Below, in pieces: positions 38,860 to 48,030 of a DNA stretch of 64,000 nt (its first letter is position 1; each line of letters begins with the position of its first letter). The notes under the pieces were generated by a model. The model had not been told where the DNA came from. It searched no databases and saw only the letters and a program-made list of their open reading frames with translations. The stretch comes from an uncultured bacterium (GTDB lineage: Bacteria > Omnitrophota > Omnitrophia > Omnitrophales > Abzuiibacteriaceae), in assembly GCA_964387845.1 (NCBI GenBank), contig CAYLXA010000001.1:256001-320000 (forward strand). Direction: 5' to 3'. The translations under genes and the position numbers were made by a program.

Positions 38860-38965
38860 TTGTGAATCAAATGGAAAAACAGGGTCAGGTGCCAAGGGTC
38901 ATGGGTCAAGGCACAAATGAACGGTTACTCTTGCCTTGACCCTTGCTACTTGCCCCTTGACCCTA
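38860..38965. repeat. GGGTCARG / CCTTGACCC palindromic repeat cluster (gggtcaggtgccaagggtcatgggtcaaggca ... tgccttgacccttgctacttgccccttgaccc) between nrdJ and the SDR gene
   Basis: Read directly. It belongs to the same family as 23245..23324. Confidence 0.55.
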
Positions 38966-38968
38966 AGA

Positions 38969-41900
38969 TCAGGAACAACCGATGCTATTGCCGCAGTTCA
39001 AACATTTATAGCAGGAGCCGTTGCGGACAGTAATATGGCCGCAACCGTTGCAAACCGGTGCATCTCCCATCATGTGCGCCAAATGGTCGCTTAATACGGA
39101 CACGCCCCCTTTGGCTTCTGCTTCTTCCTGCACGCCACCGCCGGTTGACGTATGTGCTACCGACACAGCCGCAACTGCGGTTTGTTTCGCCGAAGAAACC
39201 GGCTCTTGCGGAATCTTTTTTGCTTCAGCGGCTTTTGCCTTTTCGATTTTTTTCTGCTTCGGCGCCTCCGTAATGGCTTCAGCATCCGTCGGGCGGTGGA
39301 TGAAATCGGTACGGCCGAGATATTCCATGCCAAGCACGCGGAACACATAGTCGATCACGGAAGTCGAGAACTTAATATTCGGATGATCCACAGGCCCTTG
39401 CGGCTCAAAGCGCGTGAAGGTAAACACATCCACGAACTCTTTCAGCGGAACTCCGTATTGAAGCCCGAGTGAAATTGAAATCGCAAAGCAGTTCATGAGA
39501 CTTCTGAACGCCGCACCTTCTTTGTGCATATCGATAAAGATTTCGCCCAACGCACCATCCTCATATTCCCCGGTGCGCAGATAAACTTTGTGGCCGGCAA
39601 CTTTGGCTTCCTGCGTAAATCCGGCGCGCTTTTTCGGCAAACGGCGCCTTGAGGGAGCTGCCACCACCGCTTCAACTTCTGCTTTCTTATCGGAATCTTT
39701 GGAATCACCGGTATTGGAACTTAAAGGCTGAGACGCTTTGCAGCCGTCGCGGTAAAGCGCGATGGCCTTCAAACCCAGCTTCCAACCTTCCATATAAATG
39801 TTGTAAATATCCTGTTCGGTTGATTCGTTCGGGATATTGACCGTCTTCGAGATCGCGCCCGAAATAAACGGCTGCGCGGCGGCCATCATGCGGATATGAG
39901 CCATCGGAGCAATAAAACGTTGGCCGTACTTGCCGCACTTATTGGCGCAATCAAACACCGCAAGATGTTCATTCTTCAAATGCGGTGCGCCTTCAACCGT
40001 CATGGTTCCGCAAACCACACGGCCGGCTTCTTCGATCTCAGCTTTCGAGAAACCAAACGCTTCAAGGAGACTAAATCCCGGCGTTTGATATTGCTCCGGC
40101 TTAAATCCAAGGCGTTTCAAAGTATCTTCTCCGAGAATCCAGGAAGCAAACCCATCTTTAAGTTCGAAAATAAACGGAAGCGCGTTTTCTACCTTTTCCA
40201 AATCTTCTTTGGTCAGGCCCTTATTCAAAAGCGCGGATTCGTTCACCCACGGCGAGGTTTTGAGTGAATTGGTTCCGAGCACATATTCAATGATTTCCTT
40301 AGACTCCACTTCGTTGTAGCCAAGATGCTTGAGCGCGGACGGCACGGATTGATTGACGATTTTGAAATAACCGCCGCCTGCGAGCTTTTTGAATTTCACC
40401 AGCGCGAAATCAGGCTCAATGCCGGTTGTGTCGCAATCCATCAAAAGGCCGATGGTGCCGGTCGGCGCAATCACAGTGGCTTGCGCGTTGCGGTAACCAT
40501 AACGCTTTCCGAAATTCACCGCATCGTTCCAATCTTCTTCCGCGGCTTTGAGTAGATAGGAAGGACACTTTTCAGCGCTAATGGCTTTCACGGCAGCGCG
40601 GTGTTTTTCCATCACACGCAAAGTCGGTTCCTGATTTTTTGCGTAACCGGGGAAAGCACCTTTGTGTTGTGCGATTTCGGCGGATACACGGTAACCATGG
40701 CCGGTCAAAATCGCCGTGAGCGCTCCGCAGATCGCAAAACCTTCTTCGCTGTCATACGGAATGCCGTTGACCATCAAAAGCGTTCCGAGATTCGCATAAC
40801 CAAGGCCGAGCGGGCGGTAATCATGGCTGTTCTGGGCAATCTTTTGTGTCGGATAAGATGAGAAATCCACCAGGATTTCCTGCGCGGTAATCAAAATGCG
40901 GATGGCGTGGCGATAACTTTCCACATCCACTGAACCATCTTCATTCAAGAATTTCATCAAGTTGATGGACGACAGGTTGCAGGCTGTATCATCCAAAAAC
41001 ATGTATTCCGAACAAGGATTGGAAGCGTTGATTTTGTCCGTGTTAGACGATGTGTGCCAATCATTGATCGTGGTATCAAATTGAACACCCGGATCCGCGC
41101 ATTCCCAAGCTGAATGGCAGATTTGGTTAAAAAGCTTGCGGGCATCTAGACTTTCGCAAACTTCGCCGGTCGTGCGGAAACGTGTTTCCCATTTTCCGCC
41201 TTCGACAACGGCTTTCATAAACTCATCCGGAACGCGGACGGAATTATTAGAATTTTGGCCGGAAACCGTACGATACGCTTCTCCGTTGAAATCAGCCGGG
41301 TAACCTGCGGCAATTAAAGCGCGGACTTTTCTTTCTTCCTTTTCCTTCCAATTAATGAAGTCGACAATTTCGGGATGGTCCATATCGAGGCAAACCATCT
41401 TGGCCGCACGGCGTGTGGTACCGCCGGATTTCGTGGCGCCCGCGCCGCGATCAAGGACTTCTAAAAATGACATGAGGCCGGATGAAGTACCGCCGCCTGA
41501 AAGTTTTTCCTGACGGCCGCGGAGTTTTGAAAAGTTGGTTCCCGTTCCGGAGCCGTATTTGAAAAGGCGCGCTTCGGCTTTCACCAAATCAAAAATGGAC
41601 ATCAAATCATCGCCGACAGATTGGATAAAGCAAGCGGAGCATTGCGGATGAGAATAAGCGTCTGTGGTCCTTTCAACTGTTCCTGTTTTCGGATTCCAGA
41701 ACCAATTGCCGCCGCTTCCTTTAATACCATATTCATGGTAGAGGCCGCAGTTGAACCATACGGGAGAATTGAAGGCCGCTTTTTGCGTCACGAGGAGATG
41801 GGTAAGCTCCATTTCAAATGCTTCGGCATCTTCCGGAGTGGCAAAATAATTTCCGAGCTCTTCACCTGCGCGGCGGATTGTGTGCGCAATACGCTTCACC

Positions 41901-42238
41901 ACTTGCCGAACGCTGGTTTCGCCGCCGACGCTCGTAACACCGGCCTTCCGGAAATATTTTGAAACCACAATGTCCGTCGCAAGCTGCGTCCAAGACTTTG
42001 GAATTTCGGCGTCTTCCATTTTAAACACAACAGAACCATCGGGATTGCTGATCACAGATTTGCGGCGGTCCCACTCAATCTGATCGAAAGGATGAACGCC
42101 TTCTTGCGTGAATCTGCGCGCAATATGAATCCCTTCACGCGAACTAACACCGGCACCGGCAGAAAAATGTGCTTTTCCGTTTGATCCTGCTTCAGCCGAT
42201 TTATTCGCTTGTTTGGTTTTTTGTGTTTTTGCTGACAT
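38969..42238 (-). CDS. nrdJ: Adenosylcobalamin-dependent (class II) ribonucleotide reductase with a C-terminal Cys4 zinc-ribbon extension, 1,089 aa
   Basis: Large single-chain RNR with NrdJ-type blocks (PCSEY..., thiyl-radical region CNLSSINL, and C-terminal [27 protein letters not shown]). SD sequence GGAGG upstream. Confidence 0.88.
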   Translation of the reverse strand: MSAKTQKTKQANKSAEAGSNGKAHFSAGAGVSSREGIHIARRFTQEGVHPFDQIEWDRRKSVISNPDGSVVFKMEDAEIPKSWTQLATDIVVSKYFRKAGVTSVGGETSVRQVVKRIAHTIRRAGEELGNYFATPEDAEAFEMELTHLLVTQKAAFNSPVWFNCGLYHEYGIKGSGGNWFWNPKTGTVERTTDAYSHPQCSACFIQSVGDDLMSIFDLVKAEARLFKYGSGTGTNFSKLRGRQEKLSGGGTSSGLMSFLEVLDRGAGATKSGGTTRRAAKMVCLDMDHPEIVDFINWKEKEERKVRALIAAGYPADFNGEAYRTVSGQNSNNSVRVPDEFMKAVVEGGKWETRFRTTGEVCESLDARKLFNQICHSAWECADPGVQFDTTINDWHTSSNTDKINASNPCSEYMFLDDTACNLSSINLMKFLNEDGSVDVESYRHAIRILITAQEILVDFSSYPTQKIAQNSHDYRPLGLGYANLGTLLMVNGIPYDSEEGFAICGALTAILTGHGYRVSAEIAQHKGAFPGYAKNQEPTLRVMEKHRAAVKAISAEKCPSYLLKAAEEDWNDAVNFGKRYGYRNAQATVIAPTGTIGLLMDCDTTGIEPDFALVKFKKLAGGGYFKIVNQSVPSALKHLGYNEVESKEIIEYVLGTNSLKTSPWVNESALLNKGLTKEDLEKVENALPFIFELKDGFASWILGEDTLKRLGFKPEQYQTPGFSLLEAFGFSKAEIEEAGRVVCGTMTVEGAPHLKNEHLAVFDCANKCGKYGQRFIAPMAHIRMMAAAQPFISGAISKTVNIPNESTEQDIYNIYMEGWKLGLKAIALYRDGCKASQPLSSNTGDSKDSDKKAEVEAVVAAPSRRRLPKKRAGFTQEAKVAGHKVYLRTGEYEDGALGEIFIDMHKEGAAFRSLMNCFAISISLGLQYGVPLKEFVDVFTFTRFEPQGPVDHPNIKFSTSVIDYVFRVLGMEYLGRTDFIHRPTDAEAITEAPKQKKIEKAKAAEAKKIPQEPVSSAKQTAVAAVSVAHTSTGGGVQEEAEAKGGVSVLSDHLAHMMGDAPVCNGCGHITVRNGSCYKCLNCGNSIGCS

Positions 42239-42300
42239 TATGAATTCCTCCGTTATCGAATCCTTAAGCTACCTTACTAAGCCGCTTAGGAGCTTTATTG

Positions 42301-42347
42301 TAGCATATATAGTGTTCTTTTAGAACTTCTCTACCATATCTAGTGCC
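42301..42347. promoter_or_regulatory. Two candidate NrdR boxes (tagCATATATAGTGtt and taCCATATCTAGTGcc), starts 31 bp apart, 60-110 bp upstream of nrdJ
   Basis: Tandem similar 16-mers with an ATAT core and ACAC/GTG-type flanks at a three-helical-turn spacing, as described for NrdR operators. The match to the published consensus is partial. Confidence 0.35.
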
Positions 42348-42504
42348 CGTAATGGACAATTCGGCACTCTTGGATTTTACTTAAGCTTATTTTTCTCCCT
42401 TTTTCGCTATCTGAATTAGTTGTTCTTTAGGCTAGATGTATTTGGACCTGGTTGACCCACAAAATTCACGATGGACTTTGTAAATAAACTGACAGGAAGT
42501 CAGG

Positions 42505-42550
42505 AAAAAAAACGACTGAACCGGGCTCTCTTTAAGAGCCTGGTTCAGTC
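42505..42550 (-). terminator. Rho-independent terminator (minus strand) downstream of mnmE: 16-bp stem gactgaaccgggctct / agagcctggttcagtc followed by U8
   Basis: Plus strand aaaaaaaa-gactgaaccgggctct-cttt-aagagcctggttcagtc. Confidence 0.65.
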
Positions 42551-42760
42551 GCTTCATTTCACTGTTGGATGTTTCGAACAAGCATTAATTATGATTCCGT
42601 TACTTTCATCCGCGACTCTGCGATTTTGATCGCTCATCGCTTCCAATCGTTCATTGAATTTTTCATCAAAGAACTTTAACTGCCGAGTGAAGAGAATTTT
42701 ATGCGAGAAATAATTCAGTGTCAACAACAAAAATATTTTTTTTTAAAATCTCGCACAAAA

Positions 42761-44137
42761 TTATTTTCCGATACAAAATTCCTTGAAAATGACATCCAAA
42801 AGGTCTTCACTGTAGATCTCGCCGATGATCTCACGCAATGCATCCAGCGCAAGTTTTAAGTCCATCGTAACAATTTCGAGAGATTCCTGCCTTCCGAATG
42901 ATTCCCTGCTCTTTTCCAGCGCTTCCAGAGACGTTTCAAGTGAACGTTTATGACGAAGCCGTATCAAAGAAGCCGATTCTTTGGCAACGCCGTTCTGCCA
43001 CACCGCTGATACGACACTTTTCTCCAGTTCTTCGAAGCCAAATTTTGTTTTTGCCGAAACCAGGCATGCTTTTTGACCCTTTACAAAGTTCTTTTCTAAT
43101 GTTTTTTCTAAAAGATCGGCTTTATTGATGACATGAATGACGGATTTTCCCTCCAACTCGGAGCGAATCTTCTGATCTTCCGAAGTGACGCCGGCCGGTG
43201 CATCGGTGACAAACAAAAAGAGGTCGCCAGCTTCTATATATTGGCGCGATCTTTGAAGCGCAGCTTGCTGCAAGGGATCACTGCTTTCCCAAAAACCAGC
43301 CGTATCAACCAGGCGGATAGGAATTCCGTCTAGTTCGATCATTTCTTCAAGCGTATCACGCGTTGTGCCCGGAATATCAGACACAATGGCCCGGTCACGG
43401 TCGAGAAACGCATTCAGGAGCGACGACTTACCCACGTTCGGCCTTCCTATAATTACCGCCAGGACGCCTTCCCGCAGGATTTCGCCCTTCGTAAAGGACC
43501 CAATGAGTGATTTCATCCGGTTTGCGGTTGATTCGTAAAGATCGAGAAAGGCTTTGTTCTCATAAATCTCCAAATTTTCATCCGGAAAGTCGAGATAAGC
43601 CTCCATATGCGCGTACATTTTCATTAGGCCGTCTTTGATCCCATGAATTTCTCGGGAAAGCGAGCCTCCGAGCTGATCCATGGCGGCCTTCAACGCACGA
43701 TCCGTCTTGGCTTGAATCGCATCCAGCACGGCTTCAGCTTGCGTAAGGTCAAGCCGGCCGTTCAAGAACGCGCGCTTTGTGAATTCGCCGCGCTCAGCCA
43801 TGCGCGCACCGGCTTTGAGTACCGCATCCAGAATCCGGTGCAAAGATACCGCGCCGCCGTGCGCGCTAATCTCGACCACATCTTCCTTGGTGTATGAATT
43901 CGGCGCCCGAAAAACACTCGCCAGCACCTCATCCAGCGTTTCGTGATTTGAATCCGTGATCACGCCGTGCCGGATGGTGTGCGTTTTGGCGGAAGCAAGC
44001 GGCCGGCCGTGTTTGGATCTAAAAATTTTATCCGCGATTTGGATTGCGTCTTTTCCGCTGAGGCGGATCATGCCGATTCCGCCTTCACCGGCCGGTGTTG
44101 AAATCGCTGCAATCGTATCTTCTGAATTGATTATCAT
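42761..44137 (-). CDS. mnmE: tRNA-modification GTPase MnmE (TrmE), 458 aa
   Basis: G-domain motifs GRPNVGKSSLLN, DTAG, NKADL. C-terminal CIGK. Confidence 0.9.
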   Translation of the reverse strand: MIINSEDTIAAISTPAGEGGIGMIRLSGKDAIQIADKIFRSKHGRPLASAKTHTIRHGVITDSNHETLDEVLASVFRAPNSYTKEDVVEISAHGGAVSLHRILDAVLKAGARMAERGEFTKRAFLNGRLDLTQAEAVLDAIQAKTDRALKAAMDQLGGSLSREIHGIKDGLMKMYAHMEAYLDFPDENLEIYENKAFLDLYESTANRMKSLIGSFTKGEILREGVLAVIIGRPNVGKSSLLNAFLDRDRAIVSDIPGTTRDTLEEMIELDGIPIRLVDTAGFWESSDPLQQAALQRSRQYIEAGDLFLFVTDAPAGVTSEDQKIRSELEGKSVIHVINKADLLEKTLEKNFVKGQKACLVSAKTKFGFEELEKSVVSAVWQNGVAKESASLIRLRHKRSLETSLEALEKSRESFGRQESLEIVTMDLKLALDALREIIGEIYSEDLLDVIFKEFCIGK

Positions 44138-44139
44138 AG

Positions 44140-44200
44140 TTTTAAGTCGTAAGTGGTAAGGGCTAAGTTATTCGATCGCTTAACACTTACCACTTATCAC
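44140..44200. repeat. Structured palindrome (gtaagtggtaagggctaag ... cttaacacttaccacttatcacttatccc) filling the folC-mnmE spacer
   Basis: The inverted repeat is read directly. It has the same short-unit architecture as the GGGTCAAGG family but a different sequence. Confidence 0.45.
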
Positions 44201-45529
44201 TTATCCCTTCTTCAATTGTTCGCTCGCTTCTGCGACAAGAAATAACGATCCGGTAATCACCGTGATTGCATTCCGGTCACTGAGCCGCTTTGAATATTCC
44301 AAGGCTTCTTTTATATTTTCAGCCGGGATCATCAAATCAAAATATGCTTTGCCGGCTTCCATCATGACTTTCAAATCCTGCGCTCTCGGCTGATCAGCTT
44401 TTGTGAGAATGACTAGCTGCGCAACACCGGCCAAAGCACCGAGCATTGATTTTAAATCTTTTTCCCGTGAGGCGCCAAAGATAACCTGGATTTTCTTTCT
44501 TGGCAATAAGCGCCTGATGTTTCGGGCTAATGCGCTCATGGAAGCATCGTTATGAGCGCCATCCAAGATAAACATGCGGCCCTTCTTATTAATCACTTCA
44601 AAACGGCCGGGCCATTTAGCCGATAAAAGACCTGTTTTTATCTGAGATTGGGATATTCCGAGACCCATTTGACGGTTTAAAACATGAATACCGGCTAAAG
44701 CCGTTGCAGCGTTTTCTGTTTGAATATCGCCGATCAAGTGTATTCGGCAACGTGCCAGCTTGATTTTCTTCATACTGAAATCAAACACAGAGCCATTAAT
44801 ATCCATCCGGCGAATTCGAGCTTGGAAATCCGTGCCCGAAAAGATACCCTTCACGCCAAGCGTGCGGCATCTTTTTTGAAGTACTGATTTTGCTTCAGAT
44901 GTTTGTTTCGACGATACAAACGGCGTGTTGCGCCGGATGATCATGGATTTGTCTTTCGCGATTTTGGCAATGGTGCTGCCCAGATGCTCCTGATGATCCA
45001 AACTGATCGGCATCATCACCGACAAATTCGGATGAACGATGGTCGTTGCGTCAAGCCGTCCGCCCATTCCGACCTCGAGAACCGCCCAATCAATTTTTTG
45101 CTCCGCAAAATATAAAAAAGCAATCAGTGTTGAAATTTCAAAAAATGTGATGGGTTCAAGCAATTTAATCTCGCGGCGTCTTTTCTCGATGGTCCTTTTT
45201 ACTTTCGATACCAGCTTCGCGAGTTCCGATTTTGATATCATTTTCCCGTTAACGCGGATCCGCTCGCGAAAATCAATCAAGTGCGGCGATGTGTACATCC
45301 CGGCTTTGAATCCGGCAGATTGGAGAATCGATTGAAAAAAGACAGCGGCCGAACCTTTTCCCTTTGTTCCGCCGATTAAAATGGACGGATACTTTTTCTC
45401 GGGATTGCCGAACCAGCGCGCAAGCACACGCATCCGCTCGATGTTGAGCTCGCGTTTGTATTCGAAATGCGACACTTTCTCGAGGTTAAAGAAGGAATAA
45501 AGATACTGAAGCGCCGAAGCGTAGGTCAT
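44201..45529 (-). CDS. folC: Folylpolyglutamate synthase / dihydrofolate synthase (FolC), 442 aa
   Basis: Mur-ligase P-loop GGTKGKGS and the overall FolC layout. Confidence 0.85.
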   Translation of the reverse strand: MTYASALQYLYSFFNLEKVSHFEYKRELNIERMRVLARWFGNPEKKYPSILIGGTKGKGSAAVFFQSILQSAGFKAGMYTSPHLIDFRERIRVNGKMISKSELAKLVSKVKRTIEKRRREIKLLEPITFFEISTLIAFLYFAEQKIDWAVLEVGMGGRLDATTIVHPNLSVMMPISLDHQEHLGSTIAKIAKDKSMIIRRNTPFVSSKQTSEAKSVLQKRCRTLGVKGIFSGTDFQARIRRMDINGSVFDFSMKKIKLARCRIHLIGDIQTENAATALAGIHVLNRQMGLGISQSQIKTGLLSAKWPGRFEVINKKGRMFILDGAHNDASMSALARNIRRLLPRKKIQVIFGASREKDLKSMLGALAGVAQLVILTKADQPRAQDLKVMMEAGKAYFDLMIPAENIKEALEYSKRLSDRNAITVITGSLFLVAEASEQLKKG

Positions 45530-45541
45530 GGAAAGCGGGGT

Positions 45542-47104
45542 TTAATGTTTGAAATGACGTTCGCCGGTAAAAACCATGGCAATGCCGTAATGATCGCAGG
45601 CCGCGATAACTTCCGAATCTTTAATCGAGCCGCCCGGCTGAATGATGGCACGGATACCGTTCTGATGGGCGACTTCGATATTATCCGGCATCGGGAAAAA
45701 CGCATCACTCGCAAGCATGCTTCCGCGCGACCATGATTTTGCTTTTTCGCAGGCCAATTTGACGGCATCGACCCGGGACGTCAAGCCGCCGCCGATTCCC
45801 ACGGTCTGCGTTCCGCGCACAAGCACAATCGCGTTTGACTTCGTGACTTTGACGCAGCGCCAAGCAAAAAGCAGAGATGCCAATTCTTCTTTCGACGGCT
45901 TTGATTTCGTAACGGTTTTCAAATTTTTATTCAGCCTGGCTAAATGATGGTCAATCGGGTCGTCTCGGTCCTGCAGCAAAACGCCGCTTTTCACGTACCT
46001 CAAATCATACGGCCCGATGTGGCGAAACTCTGGCACTTCAATAACGCGGAGATTTTTACGCTCCTGGAATATTTTGAGTGCTTCTTTTGAAATTTTAGGC
46101 GCAACAACGACTTCGAAGAAAGTAAGTTTGGCAAAAAGCATCCGCGCAGCAGCGGCCGTCACTGGCTGATTGACGCCCACAATACCGCCGAACGCCGAAA
46201 GCGGATCGCAATCGACAGCCTGCGCAATCGCAGTTTCCAGATCCTGATTCACGGAAATGCCGGAAGGATTGTTGTGCTTCACCACACACGCCGCGGTTTC
46301 TTTGAATTCGCGCATGATGTCGACCGTTGCATCGATATCAAGAATATTGTTATATGAAAGTTCTTTGCCCTGAAATTGAGTAAACGAAAATTTGGGCGCC
46401 GAATCAAGCCGCGTGTAAAGCGCCGCGCGCTGGTGCGGATTTTCGCCGTACCTGAGCGTGGCGGATTTCTTAAACGGAACGCTCAAAAATTCAGGCAGGC
46501 CTTCTTCTTTCACAAATTGCTTTTCAAGATAATGCGCAATGGCATGATCATAAGCCGATGTATGCTGAAACGCTTTCAGAGCAAGTTTCTCTAGCGTTTC
46601 TGCCGATAATTTTCCGCCGTTCTTCTGCAATTCTTCAGCCAACACTGTGTAATCCGCTGCATCGGTAACGACCGCAACCGATTCGTGATTCTTCGCCGCC
46701 GAACGGATCATCGCCGGGCCGCCGATGTCGATATTTTCAATAGCTTCGGCCAGTTTCACCTTCGGATTTTTGACCGTTTCCTGGAACGGATAAAGATTGA
46801 TGACCACCATATCGATCGGCTGAATGCCGTGCTGTTTGGCTTGTTTGGCGTGCGATTTAAGGGAACGCCGGAATAAAATGCCGCCGTGAACTTTGGGGTG
46901 AAGGGTTTTGACGCGCCCGTCCATCATTTCAGGAAAGCCGGTAAGATCCGAGATATTTTTAACCTTGAGACGCGCTTTCTTGAGCGCCGCCTCCGTACCG
47001 CCGGTTGAAATCAACTCAACGCCTAATTTGGCAAGCGTTTTTGCGAAATCCACGACGCCGGTTTTATCGGATACGCTGATGAGTGCGCGTTTAATTTTTG
47101 CCAT
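45542..47104 (-). CDS. purH: Bifunctional AICAR transformylase / IMP cyclohydrolase PurH, 520 aa
   Basis: MAKIKRALISVSDKTGVVDFAK...GGTEAALKKA...VVINLYPF ... GGIVGVNQPV... are canonical PurH blocks. Confidence 0.95.
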   Translation of the reverse strand: MAKIKRALISVSDKTGVVDFAKTLAKLGVELISTGGTEAALKKARLKVKNISDLTGFPEMMDGRVKTLHPKVHGGILFRRSLKSHAKQAKQHGIQPIDMVVINLYPFQETVKNPKVKLAEAIENIDIGGPAMIRSAAKNHESVAVVTDAADYTVLAEELQKNGGKLSAETLEKLALKAFQHTSAYDHAIAHYLEKQFVKEEGLPEFLSVPFKKSATLRYGENPHQRAALYTRLDSAPKFSFTQFQGKELSYNNILDIDATVDIMREFKETAACVVKHNNPSGISVNQDLETAIAQAVDCDPLSAFGGIVGVNQPVTAAAARMLFAKLTFFEVVVAPKISKEALKIFQERKNLRVIEVPEFRHIGPYDLRYVKSGVLLQDRDDPIDHHLARLNKNLKTVTKSKPSKEELASLLFAWRCVKVTKSNAIVLVRGTQTVGIGGGLTSRVDAVKLACEKAKSWSRGSMLASDAFFPMPDNIEVAHQNGIRAIIQPGGSIKDSEVIAACDHYGIAMVFTGERHFKH

Positions 47105-47118
47105 TTTTGTTTCCTAAT

Positions 47119-47210
47119 TCCCTCTCCCTTTGGGAGAGGGCTAGGGTGAGGGATTTCTATAAATCCCACCACCCTCATCCTAACCTTCTCCCTCTAAAGA
47201 GGGAGAAGGG
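47119..47210. repeat. Copy 2 of the tripartite palindromic element (ccctctccctttgggagagggctagggtgaggga...caccctcatcctaaccttctccctctaaagagggagaaggg)
   Basis: About 85% identical to 27078..27168. Again the 3' hairpin encodes the last residues (SLEGEG) of the upstream ORF. Confidence 0.6.
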
Positions 47211-48007
47211 ATAAATCGTTTCATTAACCTGCTTGTTATAACGCCCGGAATTTCCGTGCCGATTTGACGGCCATCGAGCGACCGCACCGGCACGATGATA
47301 CCTGTTGAATTGGTTAAAAAGGCTTCATCCGCATTAAATACATCGTGACGCGTTAAGAAGGATTCTTCCGCCGAAATACCCAATTCGAGCGCATATTTTA
47401 ACACAAAACGGCGGACGACTCCATTCAGGATTCCGGCTGTGGGAGGCGTTTTCAACGCGCCTTCCTTCACCATGAAGAAGTTCCAGACTCCGGCCTCGCG
47501 TACATACCCGTCTGGCCCCAGATAAATCCGGTCAAACGAATCGGTACAATCTAAAAAAGCAAGCAGCCCATTGACCAGATCGCCTGATTTTGCTTCCGGC
47601 GGAACGCTGTTTGAGAGGTTGCGCCTCACAGCGGAAGTTTTAAGATCAACGCCTTCCCGATAAATCTTTTCGGGATAAGAGCGCACGGATACGATCGTGA
47701 AAATATTTTTCTCCGAAACAGCCAGACGAATTGAATGGTTTGGATTTTCTTTGGCGATTTCGGCAAGTTCTTTTTCAATCCGTTCACGTTCGGTGGGAAC
47801 TTCAATCCCTGAAGTTTTTGCGGATTCAAACAAACGGTCCAAATGTTCATTCAAATGCAGAATTTTACCGCTCCGGGATTGCATGGTTTCGAAAACGTTT
47901 AATCCAAGCTCCGCCGGCGATATTATAGGAAGCTCTGCCGGTTTTATCTGTTTTCCGTTGATAAAGAGAAGCATATCCGTAAGTGACATGGGAAAAGTAT
48001 AAAGCAA
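47180..48007 (-). CDS. Class-IV (fold-type IV) PLP aminotransferase: branched-chain aminotransferase or aminodeoxychorismate-lyase-like, 275 aa
   Basis: Fold-type-IV layout with EAFLTNSTGIIVPV and LNGVVRRFVL blocks. The neighbouring folC/purH genes favour, but do not prove, an ADC-lyase (PabC) role. Confidence 0.7.
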   Translation of the reverse strand: MLYTFPMSLTDMLLFINGKQIKPAELPIISPAELGLNVFETMQSRSGKILHLNEHLDRLFESAKTSGIEVPTERERIEKELAEIAKENPNHSIRLAVSEKNIFTIVSVRSYPEKIYREGVDLKTSAVRRNLSNSVPPEAKSGDLVNGLLAFLDCTDSFDRIYLGPDGYVREAGVWNFFMVKEGALKTPPTAGILNGVVRRFVLKYALELGISAEESFLTRHDVFNADEAFLTNSTGIIVPVRSLDGRQIGTEIPGVITSRLMKRFIPSPSLEGEG

Positions 48008-48030
48008 AAAAACAGGGCTGACTATTCGGA

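Noticed and set aside
38803-38895. ORF-track N-terminal extension of the SDR gene (MAPDPVFPFDSQTLGEKLPRVFAFLSVIIPA)
   Set aside because: The extension is encoded by the nrdJ terminator hairpin and the GGGTCAAGG palindromes. The Rossmann TGxxxGIG motif follows the second Met, so the extension is most likely spurious (kept as an alternative).
42239-42760. Cobalamin riboswitch in the long nrdJ upstream spacer
   Set aside because: I could not find the conserved B12-box (rAGYCMGgAgaCCkGCc-like) or the typical GC-rich multi-stem architecture. The spacer is AT-rich apart from the mnmE terminator.
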